The notes: a model not told the origin generated them from the letters alone. A stretch of 64,000 nt of DNA from a bacterium (GCA_023267755.1 JAHFMR010000004.1:8535-72534), one strand, 5' to 3'. Positions 48,389-58,532 are shown, numbered from the stretch's first letter. Numbers and translations are program-made.

Positions 48389-48646
48389 GTGCTATCCTTC
48401 CTCTTACAGATGGAGACACTCGTATCGGCACTGCCGTACGCGGAAGTCACCCTTTCAGTCCTGCTCATTATCGGTATCGTGCTCCAGCAGCGCGGTGCGA
48501 CCTTGGGGGGAGCCTTTGGAGGAGACAATTTCGCGTCAACGTTCTATAAGCGCCGCGGCGCTGAGAAATTCCTATTTAATGCGACAATCGTTATCGCGGT
48601 GCTACTCGTACTCGCAGCAATAGTGAACTTCCTCCTTGTAGGATAA
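48389..48646 (+). CDS. secG: Preprotein translocase subunit SecG
   Basis: LQQRGATLGGAFGG motif between two TM helices. Confidence 0.65.
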   Translation: MLSFLLQMETLVSALPYAEVTLSVLLIIGIVLQQRGATLGGAFGGDNFASTFYKRRGAEKFLFNATIVIAVLLVLAAIVNFLLVG

Positions 48647-50388
48647 TGGACAACGAGCGCTCCACCTGGAGAGAGCATCTTCAACGTTCCTGGAACGTTT
48701 CCGCCTGCGACCGAGTGAGTGAGCGCGTACGAGCGTTCTCGAGCGGCGATCGCATCATCTTCTATTCTCTCGCGGCTCTGGTGGGCATCGCAGCGCTCTT
48801 AAGCCTCTATGCTCTCGAGCAATCGCTTCTTATCGAGATCCCTACTTATGGAGGGAGCCTCACCGAGGGGGAGCTCGGGAGCCCGCAATTTATCAATCCG
48901 CTACTCGCCATTAGTGATGCCGACCGCGATCTCGCGACCCTCACCTATGCCGGACTGATGGGCCTCTCGGGTATTGGCGCGCTGGTCCCGGTGCTCGCCG
49001 AGGGATACGATATTTCGCCTGATGGTAAGTCTTATACCTTCACCTTGAGGAAGGGGGTGACCTTCTCAGACGGCTCGCCAGTCACTGCAGACGACATCGT
49101 CTTCACGGTAAAGAAGGCTCAGGACCCCTCTCTGAAGAGCCCGGAGTATGCAGACTGGGCTGGCGTCAATATCGTCGCGGTAGATGCACGCACCGTCCGC
49201 TTCACACTCGCGAAGCCCTACGCGCCGTTTCTCGGACTCACCACGCTCGGCATCCTCCCCGCGCGCCTCTGGCAGAACGTTTCGAGCGGAGAATTCCCTT
49301 TCTCCACACTCGAGACGAGTCCTGTTGGTGCCGGCCCTTTCAAGGTCGCAAGCGTTTCTCGAGACGCGTCTGGACTTATCAAGAGTGTTTCGCTCACCGC
49401 AAATCAGCGCTACGTCCTCGGACGACCGTATCTCGACACTATCAACGTTAATTTCTATTCTCGCACCGAGGATCTCGCGGGAGCACTTGCAAGTAGAGCT
49501 GTCGAGAGTGTGTACGACGTTCCTTCCACCTCGAAGAAACTCACCGCCCCTTATGCGCGCGTCTTCGGTGTATTCTTCAATCCGAGTGAAAAGCAAGTTT
49601 ACGCTCGCACCGAGGTGCGTAAGGCACTCTCGCTCGCGCTCGATCGTGAAAGTATCGTTAAGAACGTTCTCGACGGATATGCGACGCCTATTATGGGGCC
49701 CGTACCGCCCGGCGGCGACGTCAATCAGACTCCTGTGCCGCAATCGGATAATCCGACGGCGACTGCAGCAAAAGTGCTCCAGTCTGCCGGATGGACCTAT
49801 GATGGCGCCGCACGCCTCTGGCAGCTCGCCGCTCCCAAGGGTGCTAAGCAGACGCTCGATCGTGTGACGATACGTACCTCGAACGTACCGGAGCTAAAGA
49901 GTGTCGCGGGCGCGGTGAAGGCCGACTGGGAGAAACTCGGTATTCCGGTAGATATCGAGCTTTATGAGCCGGGCGACCTCTCGCAGAACGTCATCCGTCC
50001 ACGCAAGTATGAGGCTTTGCTTTACGGAATGGTCATCGGCCGCGATCAAGATCTCTACGCCTTCTGGGACTCGCAAGAGCGTAATGATCCGGGACTCAAT
50101 ATCGCACTGTATGCCAACAAGACGGTCGACTCTCTTCTTGAGAGCGCACGCGGCTCTACCGATGACACGCTCCGCACGACGAATCTGCAGAAAATCGAGG
50201 ACGCCGTGTCAGCCGACTACCCAGCTGCGTTCATCTACGCGCCAGACTTCACCTACGCAGTGCCGGAAAACTTGCGTGGTGTTACGCTCCCTCAGATCAT
50301 CATCCCTGCAGATCGCTTCGCCACCGTTGCGTCGTGGTATCGCGTGACTGACGCAGTCTGGCCCTTTTTTGCCCACCTCAATCGTTAA
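48646..50388 (+). CDS. ABC transporter substrate-binding protein, family 5 (oligopeptide/dipeptide/nickel)
   Basis: N-terminal TM/signal anchor; SBP_bac_5-like core. Confidence 0.65.
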   Translation: MDNERSTWREHLQRSWNVSACDRVSERVRAFSSGDRIIFYSLAALVGIAALLSLYALEQSLLIEIPTYGGSLTEGELGSPQFINPLLAISDADRDLATLTYAGLMGLSGIGALVPVLAEGYDISPDGKSYTFTLRKGVTFSDGSPVTADDIVFTVKKAQDPSLKSPEYADWAGVNIVAVDARTVRFTLAKPYAPFLGLTTLGILPARLWQNVSSGEFPFSTLETSPVGAGPFKVASVSRDASGLIKSVSLTANQRYVLGRPYLDTINVNFYSRTEDLAGALASRAVESVYDVPSTSKKLTAPYARVFGVFFNPSEKQVYARTEVRKALSLALDRESIVKNVLDGYATPIMGPVPPGGDVNQTPVPQSDNPTATAAKVLQSAGWTYDGAARLWQLAAPKGAKQTLDRVTIRTSNVPELKSVAGAVKADWEKLGIPVDIELYEPGDLSQNVIRPRKYEALLYGMVIGRDQDLYAFWDSQERNDPGLNIALYANKTVDSLLESARGSTDDTLRTTNLQKIEDAVSADYPAAFIYAPDFTYAVPENLRGVTLPQIIIPADRFATVASWYRVTDAVWPFFAHLNR

Positions 50389-50448
50389 CTATTTTCGTAC
50401 GGGTCTTACATATTATTCATTTTAAAAGCCCGATTAATTAACCAATCT

Positions 50449-52416
50449 ATGAATCCTTCACCAGCACCAGCCCCCGCGCCATCTCCCGCGCCGAGCCGTC
50501 CTCCGAGACGAAGCTCTACTCCTCGTTCACCTCGCCCCGCGAGCGATGAGCATAGTACAAGCACAGGAGAGCGCCCTGCACGCCGCTTCGAGCGTGGCGG
50601 CCGGCCACCGGCCGGCCGCGGCGACGGCGCCGCCCGCCCCGGAAGCGCCACCAGGCGCATTCAGCGCATTCTCCGTCGCCCTTCCTCCAATCCCTCACGC
50701 ACCACACGCACGGCAGACTACTTCCCCGAGCCGGCTGGCCCGACCACGGTCCGCATCATCCCGCTCGGCGGTTCTGAAGAAGTTGGTCGCAATATGATTG
50801 CAATCGAAGTGGGCGCCACCGGCGACATCCTCGTCCTCGATGCCGGCTTCCAGTTCGTCTCCGAAGACGCCTCTCCAGGCGTGGACTACATCCTTCCGAA
50901 CACAAAGTATCTCGAAAAGAATGCGAGCCGTGTCAAAGGCGTCATTATCACCCACGGTCACCTCGACCATATCGGCGGTATTCCCTTCACTCTTCCACGT
51001 TTCGGCACCCCGCCTATCTACACCCAGAATCTGACTTCGATTATGATCCAACGCCGCCAGGAGGAATATCCTGATGTGCCCAAGTCTGAAATGGTCGTTG
51101 TCGAAGTCGGCCAGTCGGTCGTTATCGGCAGCACACGAGTGAAGTTCTTCCCGGTCACGCACTCGATTCCCGACTCGATGGGTGTCTCTATAGAGACCCC
51201 GCAAGGCAACGTCGTCGTCACCGGTGACTTGAAGCTCGACCACGATGACAGCATCCCCTCGGAGAAGGAACAGAAGACGTGGGGCGACCTCGGCAAGGAT
51301 AAGAACATCTTCTTCATCGCCGACTCCACCAACGCGGAGAAGGACGGCTTCTCTATCCCCGAGAAGCGCGTCATCCAGACGCTCGAGGATATCATCAAGA
51401 CAGTCTCCGGCCGTCTTATCATCGGCACCTTCGCCTCGCAGTTCGAGCGTATGATCCACATCATCGAGGTCGCTGAGAAGCTCGGAAAGAAGGTCGTCAC
51501 TGAGGGCCGCTCTATCAAAACGAACCTTGAGATAGCCGAGAAGACCGGCCTCCTGAAGATTAAGAAGGAGACGCTCATCCCCGCCCAGGACATCAGTAAT
51601 TATCCGCCTGATAAGATAGTCATCCTCTCGACCGGTGCACAGGGAGAAGAGTTCGCCGCCCTGATGCGCATCGCGACCAAGCAGCACAAGTACATCACGC
51701 TCTCTGAGCGCGACACAATCGTCCTCTCCTCTTCTGTTATCCCGGGCAACGAGATCTCGGTGCAGAAGCTGAAGGACAATCTCTATCGGCACAACGTCTC
51801 CCTCATTCACTATCGCTCTTCAGACGTGCACTCGACCGGCCACGGCAACACCGGAGAGCTCGTGTGGATTAACAAGCAGGTGCATCCGAACTTCTTTATG
51901 CCCTCCTACGGCTACCGCTCGATGACCGCCTGCCACGCGAAGGCGCTCGAGCAGTCGGGCTTCCCGCGCGAGAACATCATCATCCCAGATAACGGTATCG
52001 TTATTGATATTGAAGACGGCGTGAAGATGAACGTGCATAAGCAGAAGGTCCCTTCGGCACCGATGGTGGTAGACGGCTTCACGATTGGCGATATTCAAGA
52101 GGTCGTGATTCGCGACCGTCAGTCGCTCGCCAAGGACGGTATGTTCGTCATTATCGCGAGCGTCAATCTCAAGACCGGCAAGCTCCGCAAGTCGCCCGAC
52201 ATCATCAGCCGCGGCTTCGTCTACCTGCGCGAGTCGCAGAACCTCCTGAACGAGGGCCGCGTCCTGATTAAGAAGACGATTGAGGATTCAACCCGCAATA
52301 TGAACCCAATTGACCTCGACTATGTGAAGAACAACCTCACTGATGTGATGGCCGGTTTCCTCTTCGCGCGCACCAACAAAGCGCCGATGGTGATTCCCGT
52401 GCTCATAGGGATGTAA
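50449..52416 (+). CDS. rnj: Ribonuclease J (metallo-beta-lactamase/beta-CASP) with ~100 aa Pro/Ala/Arg-rich N-terminal extension
   Basis: VRIIPLGGSEEVGRNM..., HGHLDHIGG motif, beta-CASP and RNase J C-terminal domain. Confidence 0.85.
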   Translation: MNPSPAPAPAPSPAPSRPPRRSSTPRSPRPASDEHSTSTGERPARRFERGGRPPAGRGDGAARPGSATRRIQRILRRPSSNPSRTTRTADYFPEPAGPTTVRIIPLGGSEEVGRNMIAIEVGATGDILVLDAGFQFVSEDASPGVDYILPNTKYLEKNASRVKGVIITHGHLDHIGGIPFTLPRFGTPPIYTQNLTSIMIQRRQEEYPDVPKSEMVVVEVGQSVVIGSTRVKFFPVTHSIPDSMGVSIETPQGNVVVTGDLKLDHDDSIPSEKEQKTWGDLGKDKNIFFIADSTNAEKDGFSIPEKRVIQTLEDIIKTVSGRLIIGTFASQFERMIHIIEVAEKLGKKVVTEGRSIKTNLEIAEKTGLLKIKKETLIPAQDISNYPPDKIVILSTGAQGEEFAALMRIATKQHKYITLSERDTIVLSSSVIPGNEISVQKLKDNLYRHNVSLIHYRSSDVHSTGHGNTGELVWINKQVHPNFFMPSYGYRSMTACHAKALEQSGFPRENIIIPDNGIVIDIEDGVKMNVHKQKVPSAPMVVDGFTIGDIQEVVIRDRQSLAKDGMFVIIASVNLKTGKLRKSPDIISRGFVYLRESQNLLNEGRVLIKKTIEDSTRNMNPIDLDYVKNNLTDVMAGFLFARTNKAPMVIPVLIGM

Positions 52417-52423
52417 AGTCTAC

Positions 52424-52462
52424 AAAAAAGCGCGCCCCCGCTCTGCTGGGGCGCGCTTTTTT
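52424..52462 (+). terminator. Rho-independent terminator after rnj
   Basis: AAAAAAGCGCGCCCC-GCTCTGCT-GGGGCGCGCTTTTTT. Confidence 0.75.
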
Positions 52463-52482
52463 ATGTTATCGTTCTGAGTATT

Positions 52483-53640
52483 ATGCGACCGCGCATTATT
52501 CTTTTTGTCGCGAACTTCTTCTTCTCGATATTCTCGACGCTCCTTGTCTATCTCCTTCTCCCCTACCTCTCCACGCTCATCCCCGAGACATCCACCGGTA
52601 TCGTTATAGCGTTCGGCGGCCTCGCGGCGCTCCTCGTCTTCCCCTTCCTGCCGCGCCTTGTCGCGCGCTATGGCGCACAGGAGCTCACGCTCGTTTTCGC
52701 TATTGCCGAGATGATTGCTCTCTTCGCACTCGCGACAGCGCCCGGCGTCGCAGTGGTGGGGATACTCTGCATCGCTCTCACGGTCGCTCTGGAGCCCTTC
52801 ATCGCCTACGAGCTCGACCTCCTCCTCGAAGCCACTGGCGCTGAAGAGGGCTCGGCGGGACGTGTGCGCTCCCTCTTCCTCACTGCGTGGAATATCGGCG
52901 TCTTCACCGCGCCGCTCATTATCGGGGCATTGCTCGATAGTACAAACGATTACGGCCGCGGATTCTTCGCCGCCGCCATCGTCCTCATCCCCTTTGTCGT
53001 TCTCTTTGCGGTGCGCAATCTCCCCAAGGGGGCTGCCCCCAAGACTGCCCACCTGCGAGACACACTCGTTTGTATCTCACACGATCGCGACCTCTCCGCT
53101 GTCACGATCTGCCACCAGATACTCTGGCTCTTCTACGTCTGGGCACCTTTCTATGTCCCGGTGTACCTCCACACCGAACTCGGGATGCCGTGGTCGAGTC
53201 TTGGCTGGATGTTCTCGGTGATGCTTATCCCGTATGTGCTCCTCGAGTACCCGGCCGGGTGGGTAGCCGACCGTTTTATCGGCGATAAGGAGATGATGTT
53301 TGTGGGCTTCCTTATCGCGGGCGGCGCACTCGCCGCAATCAGCCTCATCTCTGCGAGCACCCCACTCTTCATCATCCTTATCATCCTGCTCGCCTCGCGC
53401 GCGGGTGCCGCCCTCATCGAGAGCACCACCGAGGGGCACTTCTTCCGTCGCGTCTCAGCACAAGATATTAACTCGATGAGCATCTTCCGCGCATCATGGC
53501 CGCTCTCCTACGTTGTTGCACCTATCATCGCCAGTATCATCCTCTCCGTAAGCAGCTACCACGTGTTCTTTCTCCTGGCAGGTGGCTTTATTGCCCTCGC
53601 TGGCGCCGGCACAACGCTTCTTATCAAAGATTTTCGCTAG
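52483..53640 (+). CDS. MFS transporter
   Basis: 12 predicted TM helices, MFS loop motifs. Confidence 0.7.
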   Translation: MRPRIILFVANFFFSIFSTLLVYLLLPYLSTLIPETSTGIVIAFGGLAALLVFPFLPRLVARYGAQELTLVFAIAEMIALFALATAPGVAVVGILCIALTVALEPFIAYELDLLLEATGAEEGSAGRVRSLFLTAWNIGVFTAPLIIGALLDSTNDYGRGFFAAAIVLIPFVVLFAVRNLPKGAAPKTAHLRDTLVCISHDRDLSAVTICHQILWLFYVWAPFYVPVYLHTELGMPWSSLGWMFSVMLIPYVLLEYPAGWVADRFIGDKEMMFVGFLIAGGALAAISLISASTPLFIILIILLASRAGAALIESTTEGHFFRRVSAQDINSMSIFRASWPLSYVVAPIIASIILSVSSYHVFFLLAGGFIALAGAGTTLLIKDFR

Positions 53641-54473
53641 TCGGCGAGGGCATAGTTCGAGCCTTCTTTTTTTATCAACCCTTCGGTGAAGAGGGCGCGG
53701 AGCGCTTCACGCATCTGTGCGCGACGAGTGTCGCCAAGCAGGTTGGCGAGACGCGTCGAAGAGGTCGCTCCCTGGGAGAGTTCGCGGAGGATAGCGCCAC
53801 GTGCCTCGCGAAGCGAGCCGGTAAAGGCCGGCTGCTTCGTGTAGGTCACGCTCTTGGAGTTATGCGAGATACCCGAGCGCTTGAGCGATGCACCGTAGTC
53901 CATCAGCGCGCTATACCACTCGCGCGCCTTCCCTTTCGGCAAAACTCGCTGCAACACTTCTTCAATCTCTTCATCGCGCACGTCCTCCTTATCGGCGAAA
54001 AAATGCTGGATGATAGCGGTGCGGATATTGGTCTCGACGAAAACGACATTTTCATTAAGCGCGAAGGCGGCGACCGCGCGCGCAGTGTAGGGACCCACGC
54101 CCGGCAATTTCTCGAGCTCCTCGACTGAGAGTGTCTTCTTCCCCACTAACTCTTTTGCTGCAGAATGCAGCGTCTTCGCGCGACGATTGTAGCCAAGCCC
54201 CTGCCACGTAGTGAGTACCTCGGCGAGCGGCGCAGCAGCAAGCTTCTTCGCTGTTGGAAATTTCTTAATGAAGGATTGATAAAACGGGATTACTCGCTCT
54301 ACTTGCGTCTGCTGGAGCATCACCTCTGATACGAGAATCTTGTACGGGTCCTGTGTTGCCCTCCACGGGAGCGTATGCCGTCCGTGCTTCTTGTAATACG
54401 CCCAGACGACCCTACGGAAGTGTGCGACCGTCACCGACGGCTCGTTCACCCGCAATTTGACTGTTGCTGTCAT
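53637..54473 (-). CDS. HhH-GPD family DNA glycosylase (MutY/Nth-like) apparently lacking the 4Fe-4S cysteine cluster
   Basis: VSEVMLQQTQVERV, LPGVGPYTARAVAAFA HhH-GPD; no Cx6Cx2Cx5C. Confidence 0.7.
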   Translation of the reverse strand: MTATVKLRVNEPSVTVAHFRRVVWAYYKKHGRHTLPWRATQDPYKILVSEVMLQQTQVERVIPFYQSFIKKFPTAKKLAAAPLAEVLTTWQGLGYNRRAKTLHSAAKELVGKKTLSVEELEKLPGVGPYTARAVAAFALNENVVFVETNIRTAIIQHFFADKEDVRDEEIEEVLQRVLPKGKAREWYSALMDYGASLKRSGISHNSKSVTYTKQPAFTGSLREARGAILRELSQGATSSTRLANLLGDTRRAQMREALRALFTEGLIKKEGSNYALAD

Positions 54474-54488
54474 AATCCTTATCTTAGC

Positions 54489-55148
54489 TTATTTCGCTTT
54501 CGGCCAGCGAGCGGCGGCGGGCGGATAGAGCTTGGTGAGCGGGTGGAGCGCGCAGTCATGCGGACGCGCCGGGCAGACATAGCGGCCGTAGAGTACGAGC
54601 CCGTTGTTCACGTATTTCCAGTCTTTTTTCGGAATGAGCGCCTCAAGGTCTTTTGAAATCTTCTTCAGGTCATCATTGTCAGTGAGGTCAAAGCGCTTCG
54701 CGAAGCGCTTGACGTGTGTATCGGTAGCGATACCCTCCCACCTGTCAAAGAGCTCACCGAGGACCACGTGCGCCGTCTTGTAGCCCACCCCAGGCAACGA
54801 GACCAAATCCGTCTCGTTGCGGGGCACGCGCCCATAAAAATGGTTTTCCACGAGCTTTGCGGCGCCGATAATCGCCTTCGCTTTATTTCTAAAAAATGGC
54901 ACCGATGAAATTTCTTTCGTAAAAGTCTGCGGCTTGGTCCCTGCAAAGTTGCGGACGGTCTTATATTTCTTAAAGAGCGTTGCGGTCAGCTTATTCACCG
55001 CTTTGTCCGTACATTGCGCCGAGAGAATCACCGCTACGACAAATTGGAAAGGTGTTTGGTACATAAGCTCGCTTTTCGGCTCCGGATACACCTTTTTCAA
55101 GTACGCGACTATCTTCTTAGCGCGCAACGCGCGCTCAACGACGCTCAT
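54489..55148 (-). CDS. nth: Endonuclease III
   Basis: HhH-GPD LPGVGYKTAHVVL, catalytic K/D, C-terminal cysteine cluster (only two Cys visible in VCPARPHDC). Confidence 0.8.
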   Translation of the reverse strand: MSVVERALRAKKIVAYLKKVYPEPKSELMYQTPFQFVVAVILSAQCTDKAVNKLTATLFKKYKTVRNFAGTKPQTFTKEISSVPFFRNKAKAIIGAAKLVENHFYGRVPRNETDLVSLPGVGYKTAHVVLGELFDRWEGIATDTHVKRFAKRFDLTDNDDLKKISKDLEALIPKKDWKYVNNGLVLYGRYVCPARPHDCALHPLTKLYPPAAARWPKAK

Positions 55149-56311
55149 ATGAGCTCTGTCTCGTGTTCGTTGTGCGGAAATGCAAAACGGAAGAAGAGCT
55201 GCAAGAACGCCCCTACCAAGAAGAGCGCGAGCATCGTCACCGCGAGGAGCCCGATGACCGGCACAAGCGATACGAGCGAGAGCGCGAGCATACCAAGCAC
55301 GCCGTCGCGCCACAGCACTGCTGTGCGTCGGGTGAAGCGTCTTGCGAAGACACTCCCGAGAAGAATGCCTGCGTACAGGAAAGAAATCAGGAGGAGGAAT
55401 GCGTAGATGATGCACAGAAAGAGCGCGAGCCAGATTCCGACAAAGGTGAGCAGGAGCAGGAGAATAAGGACTGGTGTCGCCACCGAGATCCCGAAGCCTA
55501 AGAGCATCGTGAGTAGCGTGTCGCGCGGACGTCCGCTATATACACGTTCAGTGAGTTGCTCGGCGAGTCGGGGGAAGAGGCCAGCGAGCAATCCAGCGAG
55601 GATAAGCGCCCCGAGAACACGCACAAAGAGGAAAAGCCCGACACTCAAGAGCGCGAGCGTGCGCGACGTGCCTGCGTCAGGCAGGTACGAAGCGTTCGTA
55701 TACTCAACGCCGCCGTCTATTATCGCCGAGCTAGGAATTGTCGTCGCCTCAGGCGCCTCGTATGAGAGCTTCCCGCGAATCGTTGTGCCCTCGCCGACAG
55801 AGACGTGTCCCGTTGCGACCACTCTCACATCGCCAGAGAACTCACCCGCCAATGCAACATTGTTACCATATACCGTGACGGGGCCGGACGCTCCATCCTC
55901 AACACTCGTATTCACCGCGACGATAAATATGTTCCCCCAGACGCGGTTTGCAACGCGAACCGAATAGCCCAGGGCGGCGAGGTCACCAGTGACGGGTCCT
56001 TCGAGAAGGATGCTGCCCCCCATAGCACGTAGATCCCCGGCCACTGATGAGCGCGAGTTTATCGAGCCAGCGAGGAGGAGCCCATCGCCCGCTATCGGAG
56101 CCGCCGAAATGATTGAGCCACCAAGGATAGAAAGGTCGCCCGCAACGGGAGCGGTGCTCACGACCGAGAGGCCGGCGAAGTAGGCATTCCCGGGAGAAGA
56201 GCTTGCGACGACGAGCGAACGGCCGACAGAGAAAGAGGCAGGAACGTGTGCAGCAGAAACGCCCGTCGGTGCGAGAACGAGGACGAGGAGTGTAAGAAAG
56301 ATATTTCGCAT
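55145..56311 (-). CDS. Secreted/membrane protein with glycine-rich beta-helical (bactofilin-like) repeats and C-terminal multi-TM anchor
   Basis: Signal peptide; repeated GDL..GGSI.. units; C-terminal 4-5 TM helices. Confidence 0.4.
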   Translation of the reverse strand: MRNIFLTLLVLVLAPTGVSAAHVPASFSVGRSLVVASSSPGNAYFAGLSVVSTAPVAGDLSILGGSIISAAPIAGDGLLLAGSINSRSSVAGDLRAMGGSILLEGPVTGDLAALGYSVRVANRVWGNIFIVAVNTSVEDGASGPVTVYGNNVALAGEFSGDVRVVATGHVSVGEGTTIRGKLSYEAPEATTIPSSAIIDGGVEYTNASYLPDAGTSRTLALLSVGLFLFVRVLGALILAGLLAGLFPRLAEQLTERVYSGRPRDTLLTMLLGFGISVATPVLILLLLLTFVGIWLALFLCIIYAFLLLISFLYAGILLGSVFARRFTRRTAVLWRDGVLGMLALSLVSLVPVIGLLAVTMLALFLVGAFLQLFFRFAFPHNEHETELI

Positions 56312-56317
56312 AGTGTG

Positions 56318-56815
56318 CTACGCCGTCGGCGGCATCGGCAAACTTCCCTTCTGAAGTTCTTGAGCCAACGACGGGGGCGGGAGACCTTTCTTCCATCCTG
56401 ATACCGGCTCGATAAGACTCGCGAACACGAGAACGACGAGTTCGATGAGGGCCGAAGCAAAGCAGTAGATGCAGAAGGCGTTGATGACAAATATCTGCAG
56501 GAAGGTGAAATAGAGCGAGGAAATAAACCCGAAAACGGCAGCAATCTGGAGCAGACGGCGGAGAAAACGATCGAAAAGCGCGAGTTCAAGTGCCGCTAGG
56601 ATGAAAAGAACACTGTAAAAAAAGACACCGTACTCGGCAAGCGGAATGCCGAAGAGTCGAGAGTACGCGCTTTGTGCGACGAGATTGCATCCGGAGAGAT
56701 TCTGGATATTGCAGATAAGCGGCGTTCCTGCCACTTCATTCTGGGTAAGATAGAGCGAATCTGCGAGGCCGCAGAAAGCGAGGATGAGGATGAAAACCAC
56801 TCCGAGACGCTTCAT
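56318..56815 (-). CDS. Vitamin K epoxide reductase (VKOR) family protein (DsbB analogue)
   Basis: Loop Cys pair CNIQNLSGC (Cx7C) and active-site CIYC at TM start. Confidence 0.65.
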   Translation of the reverse strand: MKRLGVVFILILAFCGLADSLYLTQNEVAGTPLICNIQNLSGCNLVAQSAYSRLFGIPLAEYGVFFYSVLFILAALELALFDRFLRRLLQIAAVFGFISSLYFTFLQIFVINAFCIYCFASALIELVVLVFASLIEPVSGWKKGLPPPSLAQELQKGSLPMPPTA

Positions 56816-56883
56816 AGGCCTAGGATACGCGTCTCTCCATCCAAGTGCAAATGAGGAAAAAGCTGATACCATAAGCGGTACCG

Positions 56884-57510
56884 ATGTCTGAGTCCTCTCC
56901 ATTTCTCGCTCACTTGATCGGCGGCGCCTTAGGCAGCTATCTTCTCCTCGCGTTCGCGATTATCATTGCGACTTTCATTCTTGAAGACACCACCGTCGTT
57001 ATTGTCGGCCTCCTCGCCGCCGATGGGACGATCCCGTTGCCGCTCGCCCTCGGCTCCCTCTATACCGGCATCATTCTCGGTGATATCACGATGTACTCCA
57101 TCGGCTATTTCGCGAGCACCCATCCGCGTCTCGGCCGATATGTGAATCACGATTTCATCGCTCCATTCCGTGCGTGGCTAGAGAATCGATTCATCTTGAC
57201 CGTGTTCTCGGCGCGCTTCATCCCCGGCTCGCGCATCCCGGCCTACACCGCGAGCGGCTTCTTCCGTTCCTCATTCTCTACCTTCCTCCTGACTGTCATC
57301 GCCGCCACCTCTGTCTGGACCACCTTTCTCTTCACTATCTCCTTTCTCTTCGGCAGTCTGACCACGCAGTGGATGCGAGAAATACGCTGGGGAATCGCCT
57401 TCGTCGTGCTTGCTGCTCTCTTCCTTATCGCACGGCACAATATCCACGCCTATCTCGCTAAGAAGGAAGCGACGGATATCGCCGTCGATACTCATACGAC
57501 GTCAGAATAA
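56884..57510 (+). CDS. DedA/VTT-domain family membrane protein
   Basis: GxxxG-rich VTT domain motifs. Confidence 0.65.
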   Translation: MSESSPFLAHLIGGALGSYLLLAFAIIIATFILEDTTVVIVGLLAADGTIPLPLALGSLYTGIILGDITMYSIGYFASTHPRLGRYVNHDFIAPFRAWLENRFILTVFSARFIPGSRIPAYTASGFFRSSFSTFLLTVIAATSVWTTFLFTISFLFGSLTTQWMREIRWGIAFVVLAALFLIARHNIHAYLAKKEATDIAVDTHTTSE

Positions 57511-57958
57511 GCACCGAGAAGTCGAACACGGCAAGCGCTTGTAGAAAGAGGTCCCCGAGTACGAAGCCTCGATACGCTTCATACATACCGAAAAGAGCGA
57601 GCGCCCCCATAAAGAGCGGATACGCGATGCGCTTCCCTGCGAAGATGCCCATCACGAGCACCACCTTTATCGCACCGTGAAGCACGAGATAGAGCGCGAG
57701 CAGATAGTGCGTATGCACGGTAAACGTCTGCGCCGCACTCCGAATAATGTTTGTGATGACATCACCCGGGTCTTGGGCTATCTCGCCGCTCGTCGTGAAT
57801 TCGACAATCTTCAAGATGAACGCCGGCGGTACGAGGAGGATAAGGACAGCCCCGAGAATCTCGAGTGCGCCATTGACCGCTTTCAGCAGGAGGGCTAAGT
57901 CGAAGAACCAGAGAATATCCTTCTCCTGTTCTTCTTTATTGCTAGGGAGAATATCCAT
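57458..57958 (-). CDS. DUF2127-like membrane protein
   Basis: 4-TM topology. Confidence 0.4.
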   Translation of the reverse strand: MDILPSNKEEQEKDILWFFDLALLLKAVNGALEILGAVLILLVPPAFILKIVEFTTSGEIAQDPGDVITNIIRSAAQTFTVHTHYLLALYLVLHGAIKVVLVMGIFAGKRIAYPLFMGALALFGMYEAYRGFVLGDLFLQALAVFDFSVLILTSYEYRRRYPSLPS

Positions 57959-57971
57959 CTCCCGTAGCGTA

Positions 57972-58505
57972 TCACGCCACGCGAGCAGCCAACACCTCGA
58001 GTGCCTTCGCGAGCGATGCTTTCGTCGCCTCGTCGGTCAGACTCCCTGCGCCGTCGAAGAGTTCCTGTGCGGGACCGAGATAGAGCTCGGGCTGCCCCAC
58101 GAGCTGCGTGTCCAGATAGTTCAGTATCTGTCGCAAGTGGCTCTGCGCGACCGCAGTGCCGAGCTTCCCTACCGAGACGCCCATAAGAAGCACCGGCTTA
58201 CCCGCAAACGAGTTCTGTCCCCATGGACGGCTCGCCCAATCGATAGCGTTCTTAAGCACCCCCGGGATTGAACGGTTGTATTCTGGCGTCGCGATAATGA
58301 CACCATCGGCTGCCTCAATCGCGTCTTTAAGCGCCTGTGCTGTCGCGGGGAACGCTGCCTCGCTCTCCTGATTGAAGAGCGGGAGCGCGCTGATGTCCGC
58401 GATGGTAATCGTCATCCCCTCAGGTGCGAGCGCTGGCAGAGCACGTAGAAGTGCCGTGTTAAAAGAATCCTTCCTCAAGCTGCCTGAAATTGCGATGATG
58501 TTCAT
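57972..58505 (-). CDS. NAD(P)H-dependent FMN reductase (flavodoxin-like fold)
   Basis: MNIIAISGSLRKDSFNTALL N-terminal FMN_red motif. Confidence 0.8.
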   Translation of the reverse strand: MNIIAISGSLRKDSFNTALLRALPALAPEGMTITIADISALPLFNQESEAAFPATAQALKDAIEAADGVIIATPEYNRSIPGVLKNAIDWASRPWGQNSFAGKPVLLMGVSVGKLGTAVAQSHLRQILNYLDTQLVGQPELYLGPAQELFDGAGSLTDEATKASLAKALEVLAARVA

Positions 58506-58532
58506 TGTTTATTTTTGAATGGCTAACGTAGT

